In this document: positions 42,923 through 53,958 of the stretch, one piece after another
Layout: the number at the start of each line of letters is the position of its first letter
Position numbering within the stretch: the stretch's first letter is position 1
NCBI GenBank assembly: GCA_001771575.1
Contig: MEUD01000001.1
Coordinates: forward strand, 415,277-479,276
DNA: 64,000 nt
Direction: 5' to 3'
Source: a candidate division WOR-1 bacterium RIFOXYB2_FULL_45_9
Lineage (GTDB): Bacteria > Margulisbacteria > WOR-1 > O2-12-FULL-45-9 > XYB2-FULL-48-7
Notes under the pieces: generated by a model
What the model was told of the DNA's origin: nothing
What the model saw: only the letters and a program-made list of their open reading frames with translations
Databases searched by the model: none
Translations under genes and position numbers: made by a program

Positions 42923-44214
42923 TATAATCCAAACCTCCTGAAGACGACATCCACGTTCTTGACGTTGTCCCTGATGTCGAATATTTTTTCGAACTCCTTT
43001 GGCGAGACAAGCTTAAGCGCCTCCTTGTCTTCCATCAATATATCCTTGAAGCTTTTGCCGGTCGAGCGGGACTTCATCGCCGCCGTTTGGACGATCTTGT
43101 ACGACTCCTCCCGGGTCAACCCCCGGTCGGTCAGGATCAGGAGAAGCTTTTGCGAAAAGACCATCCCGCCGCTCTTTTCGATGTTCTTACGCATGTTTTG
43201 CGGATAAACGACCAGGCCATCCATCACCCAGGCGAACTTGTGGAGCATATAATCGACCAGCATGCAGGTGTCGGGAAGGATGATCCGTTCAACGGAAGAA
43301 TGGGTAATGTCCCGCTCGTGCCAGAGGGCGACGTTTTCCAGCGCCGCCATAGCGTTCCCTCTGACCACCCGGGCCAGCCCGGCGATCCGCTCACAGGTGA
43401 TCGGGTTCTTCTTGTGGGGCATCGCCGAAGAACCCTTTTGCCCCTTGCCGAACGGCTCTTCCACTTCCAGAATTTCGGTCCGCTGGAGATTGCGGATCTC
43501 GGTCGCGAATTGTTCCAGAGAAGCGGCAACGATCGCCAGCGAGGTCATGAACTCGGCATGGCGGTCCCGTTGCAGTACCTGGGTCGAAGCGGGAGAGGCG
43601 GATAAGCCCAATTTTTTACAGACGTATTCTTCCACTCGCGGGTCGACCAGCGCGTAGGTCCCGACCGCGCCGGAGATCTTGCCGACCGCGATAACCGCCC
43701 GAGCGTGCTTGAGCCGGTCCAGGTTCCGTTCCATTTCGGCGACCCAGACCAAAAGCTTGAGCCCAAAAGTGATCGGTTCCGCGTGAACGCCGTGGGTCCG
43801 GCCCATCATCAAAGTATCTTTTTCTTCTTTCGCGCGACGCTTGAGGATCTTTATGCCGTCTTCGATGTTCTTGATGATCAGGTCGGCCGCTTCCCGCATC
43901 TGGATGGAGCGGGCGGTGTCCTCAACATCGTATGAGGTCAGGCCAAGATGGATAAAGCGGGACTCGCGCCCGACTTTTTCCGCCACGGAGGTCAAAAAGG
44001 CGATCAGGTCGTGATTGGTCTCCCGCTCGATCTCGTTGATCCGCTTAATGTCGAAATTCGCTTTCTTCTTGATCTTATCAAGGGCTTGTTTCGGTATCCG
44101 GCCCAGGGCGGTCCAGGCCTCGCAGGCGGCCAGCTCAACCTCGAGCCATTTGCGGAACTTGTTCTCTTCCGACCAGATCTCCCTCATCTTCGGCAATGTG
44201 TAACGATCGATCAC
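42922..44214 (-). CDS. purB: Adenylosuccinate lyase
   Basis: MIDRY, GRTHGVHAEP, SSAMPHKKNP. Confidence 0.97.
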   Translation of the reverse strand: MIDRYTLPKMREIWSEENKFRKWLEVELAACEAWTALGRIPKQALDKIKKKANFDIKRINEIERETNHDLIAFLTSVAEKVGRESRFIHLGLTSYDVEDTARSIQMREAADLIIKNIEDGIKILKRRAKEEKDTLMMGRTHGVHAEPITFGLKLLVWVAEMERNLDRLKHARAVIAVGKISGAVGTYALVDPRVEEYVCKKLGLSASPASTQVLQRDRHAEFMTSLAIVAASLEQFATEIRNLQRTEILEVEEPFGKGQKGSSAMPHKKNPITCERIAGLARVVRGNAMAALENVALWHERDITHSSVERIILPDTCMLVDYMLHKFAWVMDGLVVYPQNMRKNIEKSGGMVFSQKLLLILTDRGLTREESYKIVQTAAMKSRSTGKSFKDILMEDKEALKLVSPKEFEKIFDIRDNVKNVDVVFRRFGL

Positions 44215-44215
44215 T

Positions 44216-45280
44216 TTATTGTCCCCCTATCATTTTGTTAACTTCAGCCATCAGCGCCTCCACCATTTCGGCTTCGGCGACCTTCTTTACTATTTTACCA
44301 GACCGAAAGATCAAACCAACCCCTTTGCCGCACGCCAGACCAAGATCGGCTTCGGCCGCTTCTCCGGGGCCATTGACCTCGCACCCCATGACCGCGATGG
44401 TCAGCGGTTTTTTTATCCCTCTGGTCCTCGCTTCGATCTCTCCGGCGATCGTCGCGACGTCGACGTCGGTCCGGCCACAGGTCGGGCAGGAGATGACCGT
44501 CACCCCAAGCTTATACAGCTCCAGAGACTTGAGGATCTCAAAACCGACCCGGACTTCCTCGACCGGGTCGCCGGTCAGCGAAACCCGGAGGGTATCGCCG
44601 ATCCCCTCGGCTAAAATGGCCCCGATCCCGACCGCGGAGCGGATTATTCCGGTCCGCGGGATCCCCGATTCGGTGATCCCCACGTGCAAAGGATAGTCGA
44701 CTTTTTCCGCCATCAAGCGGTACGCTTCAATGGTCAAAGGGACCGAGGTCGCCTTGAGCGACAGGACGATATCATGGAAATCGTATCGTTCCAGGATAGC
44801 GACATGCCGCAAGGCGCTCTCGATTATCCCATCGGCGGTGACCCGCCCGCCGTTCTTTTGCAAAACGTCTTTCGGCAGAGAACCGGAATTCACCCCGATC
44901 CTGATGGGGATCTTTCTTTCTTTGGCGGCGGAGACGACCGCCTTGACCTTATCTTCGCTCCCAATGTTGCCGGGATTGATCCTTAGTTTGTCGACTCCCG
45001 CCTCGGCCGCCAGCAGAGCGTGCTCATGGTTAAAATGAATATCGGCGACCAGCGGAATGGAAATGTTCTTCTTGATCTCTTTCAGCGCCAGGGCCGACTC
45101 GCGGTCGGGCACGGCACAGCGGACCACCTGGCACCCCGCCTCTTCCAGTTGATGGATCTGTTCGATCGTCGCCCGAACATCGGCGGTCTTGGTCTTGGTC
45201 ATTGATTGGACGGAGACCGGGGCGCCGCCACCCAACTGAAGGTCTCCGACCAATATTTTTCTGGTATGTTTCTTTATAAT
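44216..45280 (-). CDS. ispG: HMBPP synthase (probable ATT start)
   Basis: [40 protein letters not shown]. Confidence 0.95.
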   Translation of the reverse strand: MIKKHTRKILVGDLQLGGGAPVSVQSMTKTKTADVRATIEQIHQLEEAGCQVVRCAVPDRESALALKEIKKNISIPLVADIHFNHEHALLAAEAGVDKLRINPGNIGSEDKVKAVVSAAKERKIPIRIGVNSGSLPKDVLQKNGGRVTADGIIESALRHVAILERYDFHDIVLSLKATSVPLTIEAYRLMAEKVDYPLHVGITESGIPRTGIIRSAVGIGAILAEGIGDTLRVSLTGDPVEEVRVGFEILKSLELYKLGVTVISCPTCGRTDVDVATIAGEIEARTRGIKKPLTIAVMGCEVNGPGEAAEADLGLACGKGVGLIFRSGKIVKKVAEAEMVEALMAEVNKMIGGQ

Positions 45281-45861
45281 CCTAACTTCGCTTCCTCCGC
45301 GTAAGCGCTGGCGATCGCGCCGACACCAAGCGGCATGGTCAGAATCGCACCAACCCCCCAGAGAATGTTCCCAAGCCCGCTGACAATGCCGGCCAGAACG
45401 ATCAGGAGGAAATGGAGCCACCAATTATTTTTGGTCACGATCTCGCGGCTCGTTTTGAGCCCGGCGTTGATCGAAAGCCCTTTGTCGTAGATCAGCAGAA
45501 GGGCAAAGAGCCAGCAGACCGCGAAATATACGTCGATCAAGATCGCGGCGAAAACAAACAACCCGCCGATCAGGTTCCAGTTAAAATAGAAGCAGACAGC
45601 CCCGGGAAGAAAGGCAAGGCCCAGCAGGATGGCGATCCAGATCGCGCCAAGCAGGAGCGAGCCGAAGCGGCGGAAAGGAGAAAATACTTCGTTAAAGGAA
45701 ACTCCCTCTCCTCTTTTGGCCTTGACGAACATCATTTGAAAGCCGACCATCGGCGCGATTAAGAACCCAAGGATCGAAGAAACGATCGCGGCAAGGATCA
45801 AAATGACAAAGTTTTTGGTGTAACTGTTCCAGGCGTCAACAAACGCTTTTCCTATATCCAT
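45274..45861 (-). CDS. Integral membrane protein, hypothetical
   Basis: About 4-5 TM segments; AGGAG SD. Confidence 0.75.
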   Translation of the reverse strand: MDIGKAFVDAWNSYTKNFVILILAAIVSSILGFLIAPMVGFQMMFVKAKRGEGVSFNEVFSPFRRFGSLLLGAIWIAILLGLAFLPGAVCFYFNWNLIGGLFVFAAILIDVYFAVCWLFALLLIYDKGLSINAGLKTSREIVTKNNWWLHFLLIVLAGIVSGLGNILWGVGAILTMPLGVGAIASAYAEEAKLGL

Positions 45862-45873
45862 GATATTTTCCTC

Positions 45874-46764
45874 CTAAAGATCGGCTTTCCCGGTCAATTT
45901 TTGGAAAGCTTCGAGGTACTTCTCCCTAGTCTTGCTTACCACCTCCTCGGGTAACTTTGGCGCGGGGGGCTCTTTGTCCCACCCGATCGACTCAAGGTAG
46001 TCGCGCACGAACTGCTTGTCAAAGCTTGGTTGAGATTTACCGGCCTTGTAGAGCTGTTTCGGCCAAAAGCGGGAAGAGTCGGGAGTAAGCATTTCGTCGA
46101 TGATGATTATTTCATCGCCGCAATAACCGAACTCAAACTTGGTGTCGGCGATAATTATCCCTTTGGTCTCCGCGTATTCGGAGGAAGCCCGGTAGATCTC
46201 CAGGCTTTTTTCTTTGAGCGTTTTGGCCGCCTCGGCGCCGATCAGGTCGATAACCTGCCGCTCGGTAATATTTTCATCGTGTCCCTGCTCCGCTTTGGTC
46301 GTCGGGGTGAAGATCGGCTCCGGAAGCCTGGCCGACTCCGTCAGCCCCGAAGGAAGAGAAACGCCGCAAATCGCCCCGGACTTCTGATAATCCTTCCAGC
46401 CGGAACCGGAAAGATAGCCGCGCACAATGCACTCGATCGGGATCAATTTGGCCTTTTTCACGAGGACCGACCGCTTGGCGAGCACGTCGGCGTGGGGTTT
46501 GAGCTGGTCCGGATACGACTTAACGTCCGAGTTCAAAATATGGTTGTTAATGATGGTTTTGGTGAAATCGAACCAAAAAAGGGAGATCTGGGTCAGGATC
46601 TTCCCTTTGTCTGGAATACCGTTCGGCATGACCGAATCAAAAGCGGAAATCCGGTCGGAAGCGACCAGCAGGAGGCAGTCGTCCAATTCAAACACGTCGC
46701 GGACCTTCCCCCGTTTAAATAATTTTAATCCCGGAAGGTCGACGTTTAGAAGAACGCTTTCCAT
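45874..46764 (-). CDS. purC: SAICAR synthase
   Basis: [34 protein letters not shown]. Confidence 0.97.
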   Translation of the reverse strand: MESVLLNVDLPGLKLFKRGKVRDVFELDDCLLLVASDRISAFDSVMPNGIPDKGKILTQISLFWFDFTKTIINNHILNSDVKSYPDQLKPHADVLAKRSVLVKKAKLIPIECIVRGYLSGSGWKDYQKSGAICGVSLPSGLTESARLPEPIFTPTTKAEQGHDENITERQVIDLIGAEAAKTLKEKSLEIYRASSEYAETKGIIIADTKFEFGYCGDEIIIIDEMLTPDSSRFWPKQLYKAGKSQPSFDKQFVRDYLESIGWDKEPPAPKLPEEVVSKTREKYLEAFQKLTGKADL

Positions 46765-47387
46765 TACATCCCCATTCCCTTCATCCCTTCCATCATCTTC
46801 TTCATATCGGCCGGCTTCATCCCTTTCATCCCGCTCATTCCCGGCATCGGCATTTTCTTGTAACCGGCGGGAATGTCAAAGAGCTTCCCCGAGACCCCGC
46901 CTTTTTTAATGTTCTTCATTTCGGTCGACCAGGAGCCGTCCAGCGCGGCCGATTTAACCGGCCATTTGTCTCCGGAGAGCCACTGGTACATTTTACTCTC
47001 TCCATCTTCACCTTTATATGTGATCAAATACTTGTCGCAGTCGATCCCGTTGATCTTTTCCCGGCCGATCTTTTTACGGCTGACCTCTCCGGGGGTCTTT
47101 TCGACCATCCCCATCGTTTTGTCCGGGGTCAATTTCTGCTCCATGTACATTTTCTGGTCCGGCATCAGGATCCAGACAACCTTTTTGTCCGCCCTGACGA
47201 TGGCGATCTGCTCCCCTTTGCCCGCTTTGGTCTCGGTCCGCCATTTCTCGCCCGACATGTACATTTTAGACATCATCGTCTGCTTTTTCATTTTGGTGAC
47301 GACATCGGCCGAAAATTCCATCGCCGCCGCGGCCATGGACAAAGCGACCGCCCCAATGAGAGTGGAAAACAATACTTTTTTAAACAT
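46764..47387 (-). CDS. Secreted LolA-like/DUF4412-type protein
   Basis: Signal peptide, [21 protein letters not shown], Met-rich tail. Confidence 0.7.
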   Translation of the reverse strand: MFKKVLFSTLIGAVALSMAAAAMEFSADVVTKMKKQTMMSKMYMSGEKWRTETKAGKGEQIAIVRADKKVVWILMPDQKMYMEQKLTPDKTMGMVEKTPGEVSRKKIGREKINGIDCDKYLITYKGEDGESKMYQWLSGDKWPVKSAALDGSWSTEMKNIKKGGVSGKLFDIPAGYKKMPMPGMSGMKGMKPADMKKMMEGMKGMGM

Positions 47388-47405
47388 TTTATCCTCCTGT
47401 TTTTT

Positions 47406-47903
47406 TTAAGCCAATTCCTCGCCGGTCACAAAAGCCGGACTGACCAATTCAGTCCTGACCCAGGCCCCCTGGACCTTCTTTACCTTAAACACTTCAACAT
47501 GAAGATGAGGATGTTCCCTGTTTTTTCCGATCTTTGGGTCATAATAGACCGTTCCCGTGCCGCCGGATAAAGCGATCACCGCTCCTTTTTTGACCGAGGC
47601 GCCGTATTTTTTGAATTTTTCCGAATTGAGGGTCAGGTGAGCGTAGCGGGCTAAATACCATATTTTATCGGCGCCCGCTCCCACGTTAAATAGTTGTTCT
47701 ATCATGTAGCCATAACCGCGGTACTCTTTGGCCCCCAGCCACCAGCCGTTGACCATGGAGAGGACGGGGGTCCCTTTGGGACAGGCAAAATCCTGCCCCA
47801 TGTGATATTTCAAGCCAAGTTTGGCCTGCAGTTCTTTGGGGTAGTTTTGTTTATAGCCAAAGATCATTTTCCATTTGGCATCGACTGGCCGGCTCATGGC
47901 CAT
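47406..47903 (-). CDS. M23 family peptidase
   Basis: HMGQD, YAHL, HPHLHVE; start moved to ATG 47903. Confidence 0.8.
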   Translation of the reverse strand: MAMSRPVDAKWKMIFGYKQNYPKELQAKLGLKYHMGQDFACPKGTPVLSMVNGWWLGAKEYRGYGYMIEQLFNVGAGADKIWYLARYAHLTLNSEKFKKYGASVKKGAVIALSGGTGTVYYDPKIGKNREHPHLHVEVFKVKKVQGAWVRTELVSPAFVTGEELA

Positions 47904-47964
47904 AATAATATCATAAATATCCTCCGGTTGCTTATCAATATTTTCATCGGTATAATGCGGGTAA

Positions 47965-49692
47965 ATGGAAAATTCCGAGATCGCCAAAATATTTTGGGAA
48001 ATTTCAGAGTTCCTTGAGCTAAAAGGAGACAACCCTTTCAAGATCAGGGCTTACCAGAAAGCGGCCCGGAACATTGAGACCCTCTCCCAAAACTTAGACG
48101 ATATCTACAAGCGGGGCGGAATAGCGGCCCTGCGCGAACTCCCCGGGATCGGCCAGGACCTCTCGGAAAAGATCGAAAGCTTTATTAAGACCGGCAAGGT
48201 CGACACTTACGATAAGCTCCGCCGCGAGTTCCCCGCGGGGTTCATTAATTTGCTGGAGATCCCCTCGCTCGGGCCAAAGACCGCGATGCTGTTATATAAA
48301 AAGTTCAAGGTCGGCTCGGTCGCCGCGCTTGAGAAATTGACCAGATCGGGAAAACTTGAAGGGCTCCCCGGTTTTGGGACCAAAAAGACGGAAAACATCC
48401 TTAAAGGGATCAACCTGAAGAAAAGGGTCAAAGGGAGGTTTCTTCTCTCCGAAGCGCTCGCCTATGCCGAGCCAATCGTCGCCGAACTTGAAAAACTTAA
48501 AGCGGTTGACCGGCTTTTGCCCGCCGGGAGCCTTCGCCGCCGCCAGGAAACGATCGGCGACCTCGACTTTTTGGTCACGTCAAAAGATCCGGCCAGGGTC
48601 ATGTCCGGCTTTACCTCTCTCCCCCAGGTTGAACGGACACTGGTCAAAGGGGGGACCAAAGCATCGGTCATTCTGAAGAACGGGATGCAAGCCGACCTGC
48701 GGGTCGTGAAAGAGAAAAGCTTTGGCGCCGCCGCCCACTACTTCACCGGCAGTAAGGGACATAATATCCATATCCGCCAGCTCGCCCAAAAAAAAGGATG
48801 GAAAGTAAGCGAGTACGGGATCTTTAACACCGCCGGCAAACAGATCGGGGGCCGGACTGAACAAGAGATGTTTAGTAAGTTCGGCTTGCAATATATTCCG
48901 CCGGAATTGCGGGAAATGCGGGGAGAGTTTGAAGCGGCGGCCAAAAGGGAAATCCCCGAGTTAATTGAGCCAATCGACATCCGCGGAGACTTGCAAATGC
49001 ACTCTGATCATTCCGACGGCTCAAGCACGATCGAAGCAATGGCCGCGGCCGCAAATAAGCTGGGCTATGAATACATCGCCATCACCGACCACACCCGCTC
49101 GACCAGGGTCGCCGGCGGCCAGACCGAAAAAGAGTTCCTGAAAGAGCTGGAAGATATCGACAGGATAAACCGGAAGCTGAATGGCTTTCGGGTCCTTAAA
49201 GGGGTCGAGGTCGACATTCTGCCGGACGGAACCCTGGATTTTTCCGACGAAGTCTTAAAACGGGCGGAAGTGGTCCTTGCCGCCGTCCACTCAAATTTTA
49301 AAATGGAAAAGAGTAAAATGACCAAACGGATAATCCGGGCGCTGGAAAACAAATACGTCAACCTTCTCGCCCATCCAACCGGACGGCTCATCGGCAAGAG
49401 GGAGCCGTATGAAGTTGATATTGAAGCGGTCATCCAGGCGGCGAAACGGACCGGCACCGTCCTGGAGATCAACGCCTATCCGGAACGGCTCGACCTTTCC
49501 GACCTCCACTGCCGGCGGGCCAAAGAAGTCGGCGTCCTTCTGGCGATCAACACCGATTCCCACTCTCCACTCCAGCTGGGAACAATGAAATACGGCGTGA
49601 TGACCGCCCGACGCGGCTGGCTGGAAAAAAGCGACGTCATCAACACCCTGCCGGTCGGCAAGCTCCTAAAAATATTAGCGAGGAAACGATGA
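47965..49692 (+). CDS. polX: DNA polymerase X / PHP exonuclease
   Basis: GSLRR, GDLD, DLR, FTGSK, PHP motifs HSDHSDG, TDH, HPTGR, TDSH. Confidence 0.95.
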   Translation: MENSEIAKIFWEISEFLELKGDNPFKIRAYQKAARNIETLSQNLDDIYKRGGIAALRELPGIGQDLSEKIESFIKTGKVDTYDKLRREFPAGFINLLEIPSLGPKTAMLLYKKFKVGSVAALEKLTRSGKLEGLPGFGTKKTENILKGINLKKRVKGRFLLSEALAYAEPIVAELEKLKAVDRLLPAGSLRRRQETIGDLDFLVTSKDPARVMSGFTSLPQVERTLVKGGTKASVILKNGMQADLRVVKEKSFGAAAHYFTGSKGHNIHIRQLAQKKGWKVSEYGIFNTAGKQIGGRTEQEMFSKFGLQYIPPELREMRGEFEAAAKREIPELIEPIDIRGDLQMHSDHSDGSSTIEAMAAAANKLGYEYIAITDHTRSTRVAGGQTEKEFLKELEDIDRINRKLNGFRVLKGVEVDILPDGTLDFSDEVLKRAEVVLAAVHSNFKMEKSKMTKRIIRALENKYVNLLAHPTGRLIGKREPYEVDIEAVIQAAKRTGTVLEINAYPERLDLSDLHCRRAKEVGVLLAINTDSHSPLQLGTMKYGVMTARRGWLEKSDVINTLPVGKLLKILARKR

Positions 49693-50447
49693 AAAAACTA
49701 TTCTCCCTGGCTCTCCTGCTCGTCCTCTCTCTGCCGCTCCTTGCCTCAAAAGACGGCCTGGAATTCAATAAGTACGGTGTCCGGATAAAACTGGTCCGTG
49801 CCAAAGGGGACGCCAGGGTGATGACCAGGCAGGGAGAGCTCTTTCTCTACCAGCGGGTCCAGGAGCGGAAATTTCGCCTGCTGGAATCAGGGATCTCGGC
49901 CAATGAGCTCCTGCCAAAGATCAAAAGAAGCACTTTTTTTGTCGTCCGCGCACCGAAAGCCGAGTATTACTTTTCGACCTCCGGGCTCGCCCTGGGGACA
50001 TTTATCGACGACCTGGGGGAAAAGAGAGTTTACCGGATCAGCCTCGGCGATCTTGATCTCAACCATCTTTTAGGGAGCTATCGCGACCAATGGAACGATC
50101 TCTCCTGCCCTGAAACCAATTACTTTGTTTACAATTTGCGCGGCGACGGGGTCCGCTTTAACGTTTTCATTAACGGCAACATGATCTTTACCAATACCGA
50201 CAAACAGGACTATACGTCGTTTAACGCCGCCCTGCCGATCAACCGGTTTCTGAAGATCGGCGAGAACTCGGTCAAGATCGGGATCTTTGATTCCAAGAAC
50301 GGCTCCAGCGGACTGCAGATGTCGATCGTCGACATTTATAATGGCGGCAAAGCGATCATCCCCGAAGGGGCCCTCCCCTTATCTAAAGAATGGATCGATT
50401 TCTCGTTCGATCTCCCGCCGGGAACATGTTTGGAGGTTGAGGAATAA
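49689..50447 (+). CDS. Secreted hypothetical protein
   Basis: Signal peptide; ATGA-coupled to polX. Confidence 0.65.
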   Translation: MKKLFSLALLLVLSLPLLASKDGLEFNKYGVRIKLVRAKGDARVMTRQGELFLYQRVQERKFRLLESGISANELLPKIKRSTFFVVRAPKAEYYFSTSGLALGTFIDDLGEKRVYRISLGDLDLNHLLGSYRDQWNDLSCPETNYFVYNLRGDGVRFNVFINGNMIFTNTDKQDYTSFNAALPINRFLKIGENSVKIGIFDSKNGSSGLQMSIVDIYNGGKAIIPEGALPLSKEWIDFSFDLPPGTCLEVEE

Positions 50448-50875
50448 TGGAAAAAGTCAGCGTATTTTCAGACGGAGCCGCCCGCAATAATCCGGGACCA
50501 GCCGGAGCGGGAGTGGTGATCAAACACGGCGGAAAAACTGTGGCGGAAGTCGCCGAGTATCTTGGCAAGACGACCAACAACATCGCCGAGTACATGGCCT
50601 TTATCCGCGGGCTGGAAGAGGCGTTAAGCCTGGGGGCCAAAGAGGTTGAGTGTTTCGCCGACTCGGAGCTCCTGGTCAAGCAGATCAACGGCGAGTATAA
50701 GGTAAAGAACGAAGGGTTAATTCCTCTTTTCCATCATGCCCAATCGCTTTTAAAAAAGTTCAAACACCATAAAGTAACCCACATCCGCCGGGAAAAGAAC
50801 GAAGAGGCCGACCTCCTCTCCAACATAGCGATCGACGACCACCAGAAAGCGAGCCATGGGCCGTTGTTCGGCTAA
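50447..50875 (+). CDS. rnhA: Ribonuclease HI family protein
   Basis: DGAARNNPG, TNNIAEY, DSEL, REKNEEAD. Confidence 0.92.
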   Translation: MEKVSVFSDGAARNNPGPAGAGVVIKHGGKTVAEVAEYLGKTTNNIAEYMAFIRGLEEALSLGAKEVECFADSELLVKQINGEYKVKNEGLIPLFHHAQSLLKKFKHHKVTHIRREKNEEADLLSNIAIDDHQKASHGPLFG

Positions 50876-50913
50876 ACCTATGAAATTCCCCCTATTTCCT
50901 ATAGAATAATAGC

Positions 50914-51276
50914 GGGGGGAGGCTGGACGGCTACTCTGATCGCGCGAGCGTATTGGGGAGGAAAGTCCGGACTCCATCGAGCGGCGTGCTGGGTAACGCC
51001 CAGTTGGGTTTAAACTCAAAGGAAAGTGCAACAGAAATTACACGGCCGAACTTAACCCTAAAGGTTAGGTGGCAAAGGTGAAAACGGGAGGTAAGAGCTC
51101 CCGACGTAACAGACCGGCGACGGTCACGTTGTAAACCCCACGCGGAGCAAGATCAAATAGGGAAAGAGGTTGCTCACCTCGCTATGATCCCGAGTAGATC
51201 GCATCGAGGTCGCCAGTAATGTCGGCCCCAGATAGATTGCCGTACACGACAGAATCCGGCTTACAGGTCTCCCCCC
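50914..51276 (+). ncRNA. rnpB: RNase P RNA
   Basis: GAGGAAAGTCCGG, AGTGCAACAGAA, GTAAACCCC, ACAGAATCCGGCTTA; P1 helix GGGGGGAG/CTCCCCCC. Confidence 0.95.
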
Positions 51277-51278
51277 TA

Positions 51279-51662
51279 TTAAGCCGCCCTCTCTGCCCAA
51301 ATGAACAAAGCAATATAGACCAGGTCAATGACCGCGAATGGAAGAAGCATCGCGGGGATCTCGCCGAAGAAAAAATGCCCAAAAGCGACCAAACAAAAAG
51401 CGACCTTGACCATAACGCCGTACCAGATCAGGTTCTTGTTCCCCTTTGGGTCGCGGGCGATATTGATAAACGCGACCGCGAGGACGATCATCAGCAAGGC
51501 CGGCAGATGGACGTAGCCAAGATGTTCAGGAAGGGGCATTCCAAATCGCGCGTAGATCTTCGCCGGCGTCAAAACGCCAAGCAAACCCAAAATGCCGTCA
51601 TAAAAAGCGGCGGAGATAAAGAGCGGAGCGATCCACGCTTTCATTGTTTCGGATTTTCTCAC
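51279..51662 (-). CDS. Four-TM membrane protein, hypothetical
   Basis: Four hydrophobic helices; SD before GTG. Confidence 0.7.
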   Translation of the reverse strand: MRKSETMKAWIAPLFISAAFYDGILGLLGVLTPAKIYARFGMPLPEHLGYVHLPALLMIVLAVAFINIARDPKGNKNLIWYGVMVKVAFCLVAFGHFFFGEIPAMLLPFAVIDLVYIALFIWAERAA

Positions 51663-51709
51663 GCCCGCCCTCCCCAGTCAAACTTATTTTGTTGTGGTAT
51701 AATCCCCTC

Positions 51710-52519
51710 ATGCCGGAGCTCATTGGAAATGATCCGCTCTACCGCAAATGGTCCGCCGATAACGCCAGGGCGGTTTTTCTTCTCGTCCATGGGATGGGGG
51801 CCCACACCGCCCGCTGGAATTTTCTCGGTGAACATTTCGCCGGAAAAGGCTACTCTTCTTACGCCATTGAACTAAAGGGCTTTGGCCGCACCCCGGAGCG
51901 GCCGCGCGGCCATATCGATTCGTTCGACATTTATTACCGCGACATCATGAAGCTCCGCGAAATAATCGCCCGGGAAAACCCCGGCAAAAAGATCTACCTG
52001 CTGGGAGAGAGTCTCGGCGGTTTGCTCGCTTTTAACGCGGCCGGACTTTATCCCGATAAATTTGCCGGCCAGGTGCTGATCTCCCCCGCCTTCCAGAACG
52101 GAATGAAATTCCCGTTTGCCGCTTACCTGACTATGGTCGCAAATCTCTTGCTCAACCCCAAAAAAACCATCGCGGTCCCTTTCAACGCCGCCATGTGCAC
52201 CCGGGACTTTGAATACCAAGCGGTAATGAACAACAACCCTGACGAGCTTCGGGACGTCAGTATTAAAATGTTGATCAACACCCTCTTTGCCCAAATGAAA
52301 GCGAAAAATCTGGCTAAGAAATTAACGGTCCCCTCGCTCTTTCTTATTTCCGGCCACGACTTACTGATCGATGAGACGGTCGGAAAAAAACTGATCGCCA
52401 ACCTGCCGCTCAAAGATAAAACGATGATCGAGTATCCGGAGATGCTCCACGCCCTCTCCATCGACCTTGGGCGCGAAAAAGTCTTTGCCGATATCCTGAA
52501 GTGGCTTGAGGGACGATGA
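51710..52519 (+). CDS. Alpha/beta hydrolase (lysophospholipase/monoglyceride lipase-like)
   Basis: VHGMG, GESLGG, LHAL; paralog of 39820; start moved to ATG 51710. Confidence 0.88.
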   Translation: MPELIGNDPLYRKWSADNARAVFLLVHGMGAHTARWNFLGEHFAGKGYSSYAIELKGFGRTPERPRGHIDSFDIYYRDIMKLREIIARENPGKKIYLLGESLGGLLAFNAAGLYPDKFAGQVLISPAFQNGMKFPFAAYLTMVANLLLNPKKTIAVPFNAAMCTRDFEYQAVMNNNPDELRDVSIKMLINTLFAQMKAKNLAKKLTVPSLFLISGHDLLIDETVGKKLIANLPLKDKTMIEYPEMLHALSIDLGREKVFADILKWLEGR

Positions 52520-53958
52520 AATATATCCTGGCGATCGACCAAGGGACGACCGGCAGTCGGGCGATCATTTACGATCAAAAAGGGAAAAAGATCGCCGGCG
52601 CCTACCAGGAATTCCCCCAGTACTTTCCAACACCGGGCTGGGTCGAGCACGACCCGGAAGAGATCTGGGAAAGCGTTTACGCCTCCATCCAAAAAGTTCT
52701 CGTCAAAATCCCCCCCGCTTCGATCGCCGCGATCGGGATCACCAACCAGCGGGAAACGACCGTTGTCTGGGACAAAAAAACCGGCCGCCCGGTCCATAAC
52801 GCCATTGTCTGGCAGTGCCGGCGGACCGCCCCCCGTTGTGAAGAGCTGAAGAAAAAAGGGCTCGCCGATTTCATCAAAAAAAGGACCGGCTTGCCGATCG
52901 ACGCCTATTTTTCCGGAACTAAAGTCGAATGGATCCTGAAAAAGGCGAAGGCAGAGGCAAAGGAACTTTGTTTTGGGACAACTGACAGTTGGGTTTTGTG
53001 GAAACTAACCGGCGGGAAGGTCCATGCCACCGACTACACCAACGCTTCCAGAACAATGCTCTTTAATATCGAGAAACTGGAGTGGGACAAAGAAATCCTC
53101 AAACTGTTAAAGATCCCAAGCTCGATCCTGCCTCAAGTCAAACCATCGTCTGGGGAATTTGGCCGGACCGTCAAGCTTGGCCGGCTCCCGGCCGGGATCC
53201 CGATCTCGGGGATTGCCGGCGACCAGCAGGCCGCGCTGTTTGGCCAGGCCTGTTTCGAACCAGGAACAATGAAGAACACTTACGGGACCGGCGCCTTCAT
53301 CCTCCTCAACACCGGGCAAAAAAGGGTCAATTCTCGCCACGGACTGATCACCACCCTGGCCTGCGGACCGGACGGAAAGGTCGCTTACGCGCTGGAAGGG
53401 TCGATCTTTATCGCCGGAGCGGCAATCCAATGGCTCCGCGACCAGCTTGGGATCATCAAGAGCTCTGCCGAATCTGAAGCGATGGCGGAGGCGGTCAAAG
53501 ATAACGCCGGGGTTTACTTTGTCCCCGCTTTCGTCGGCCTCGGCGCCCCCTATTGGGACCAGAAAGCCAGGGGGACGATAGTCGGTTTGACCAGAGGGAC
53601 AACCAAAAACCATCTGGTCCGGGCCGCCCTCGAAGCGATGTGCTATTCAACTAAAGATGTGTTGGAGACAATGAAAAAGGAATCCGGCTTACGGATCAGC
53701 GAGTTGAAGGTCGACGGCGGCGCGGTCGCCAATAATTTTCTCTGCCAGTTCCAGGCTGATATTCTCGGCATCAAGATCTTAAGACCGAAGATCATTGAAA
53801 CGACCTCGCTTGGCGCCGCCTACCTGGCCGGGCTGGCGGTCAAAAAAAACTGGGGGAGCGAGCGGACCTTCAAACCTAAAATGTCCAAACCCGAAGCGGC
53901 CAAACTCTACCTTGGCTGGCAAAAAGCGATCGGGCGGACACTCTCCCATGAACTATGA
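52516..53958 (+). CDS. glpK: Glycerol kinase
   Basis: [36 protein letters not shown]. Confidence 0.97.
   Translation: MKYILAIDQGTTGSRAIIYDQKGKKIAGAYQEFPQYFPTPGWVEHDPEEIWESVYASIQKVLVKIPPASIAAIGITNQRETTVVWDKKTGRPVHNAIVWQCRRTAPRCEELKKKGLADFIKKRTGLPIDAYFSGTKVEWILKKAKAEAKELCFGTTDSWVLWKLTGGKVHATDYTNASRTMLFNIEKLEWDKEILKLLKIPSSILPQVKPSSGEFGRTVKLGRLPAGIPISGIAGDQQAALFGQACFEPGTMKNTYGTGAFILLNTGQKRVNSRHGLITTLACGPDGKVAYALEGSIFIAGAAIQWLRDQLGIIKSSAESEAMAEAVKDNAGVYFVPAFVGLGAPYWDQKARGTIVGLTRGTTKNHLVRAALEAMCYSTKDVLETMKKESGLRISELKVDGGAVANNFLCQFQADILGIKILRPKIIETTSLGAAYLAGLAVKKNWGSERTFKPKMSKPEAAKLYLGWQKAIGRTLSHEL

Noticed and set aside
51219..51875. 218-aa plus-strand ORF overlapping rnpB
   Set aside because: Overlaps RNase P RNA and an opposite-strand membrane gene; its composition is not protein-like.
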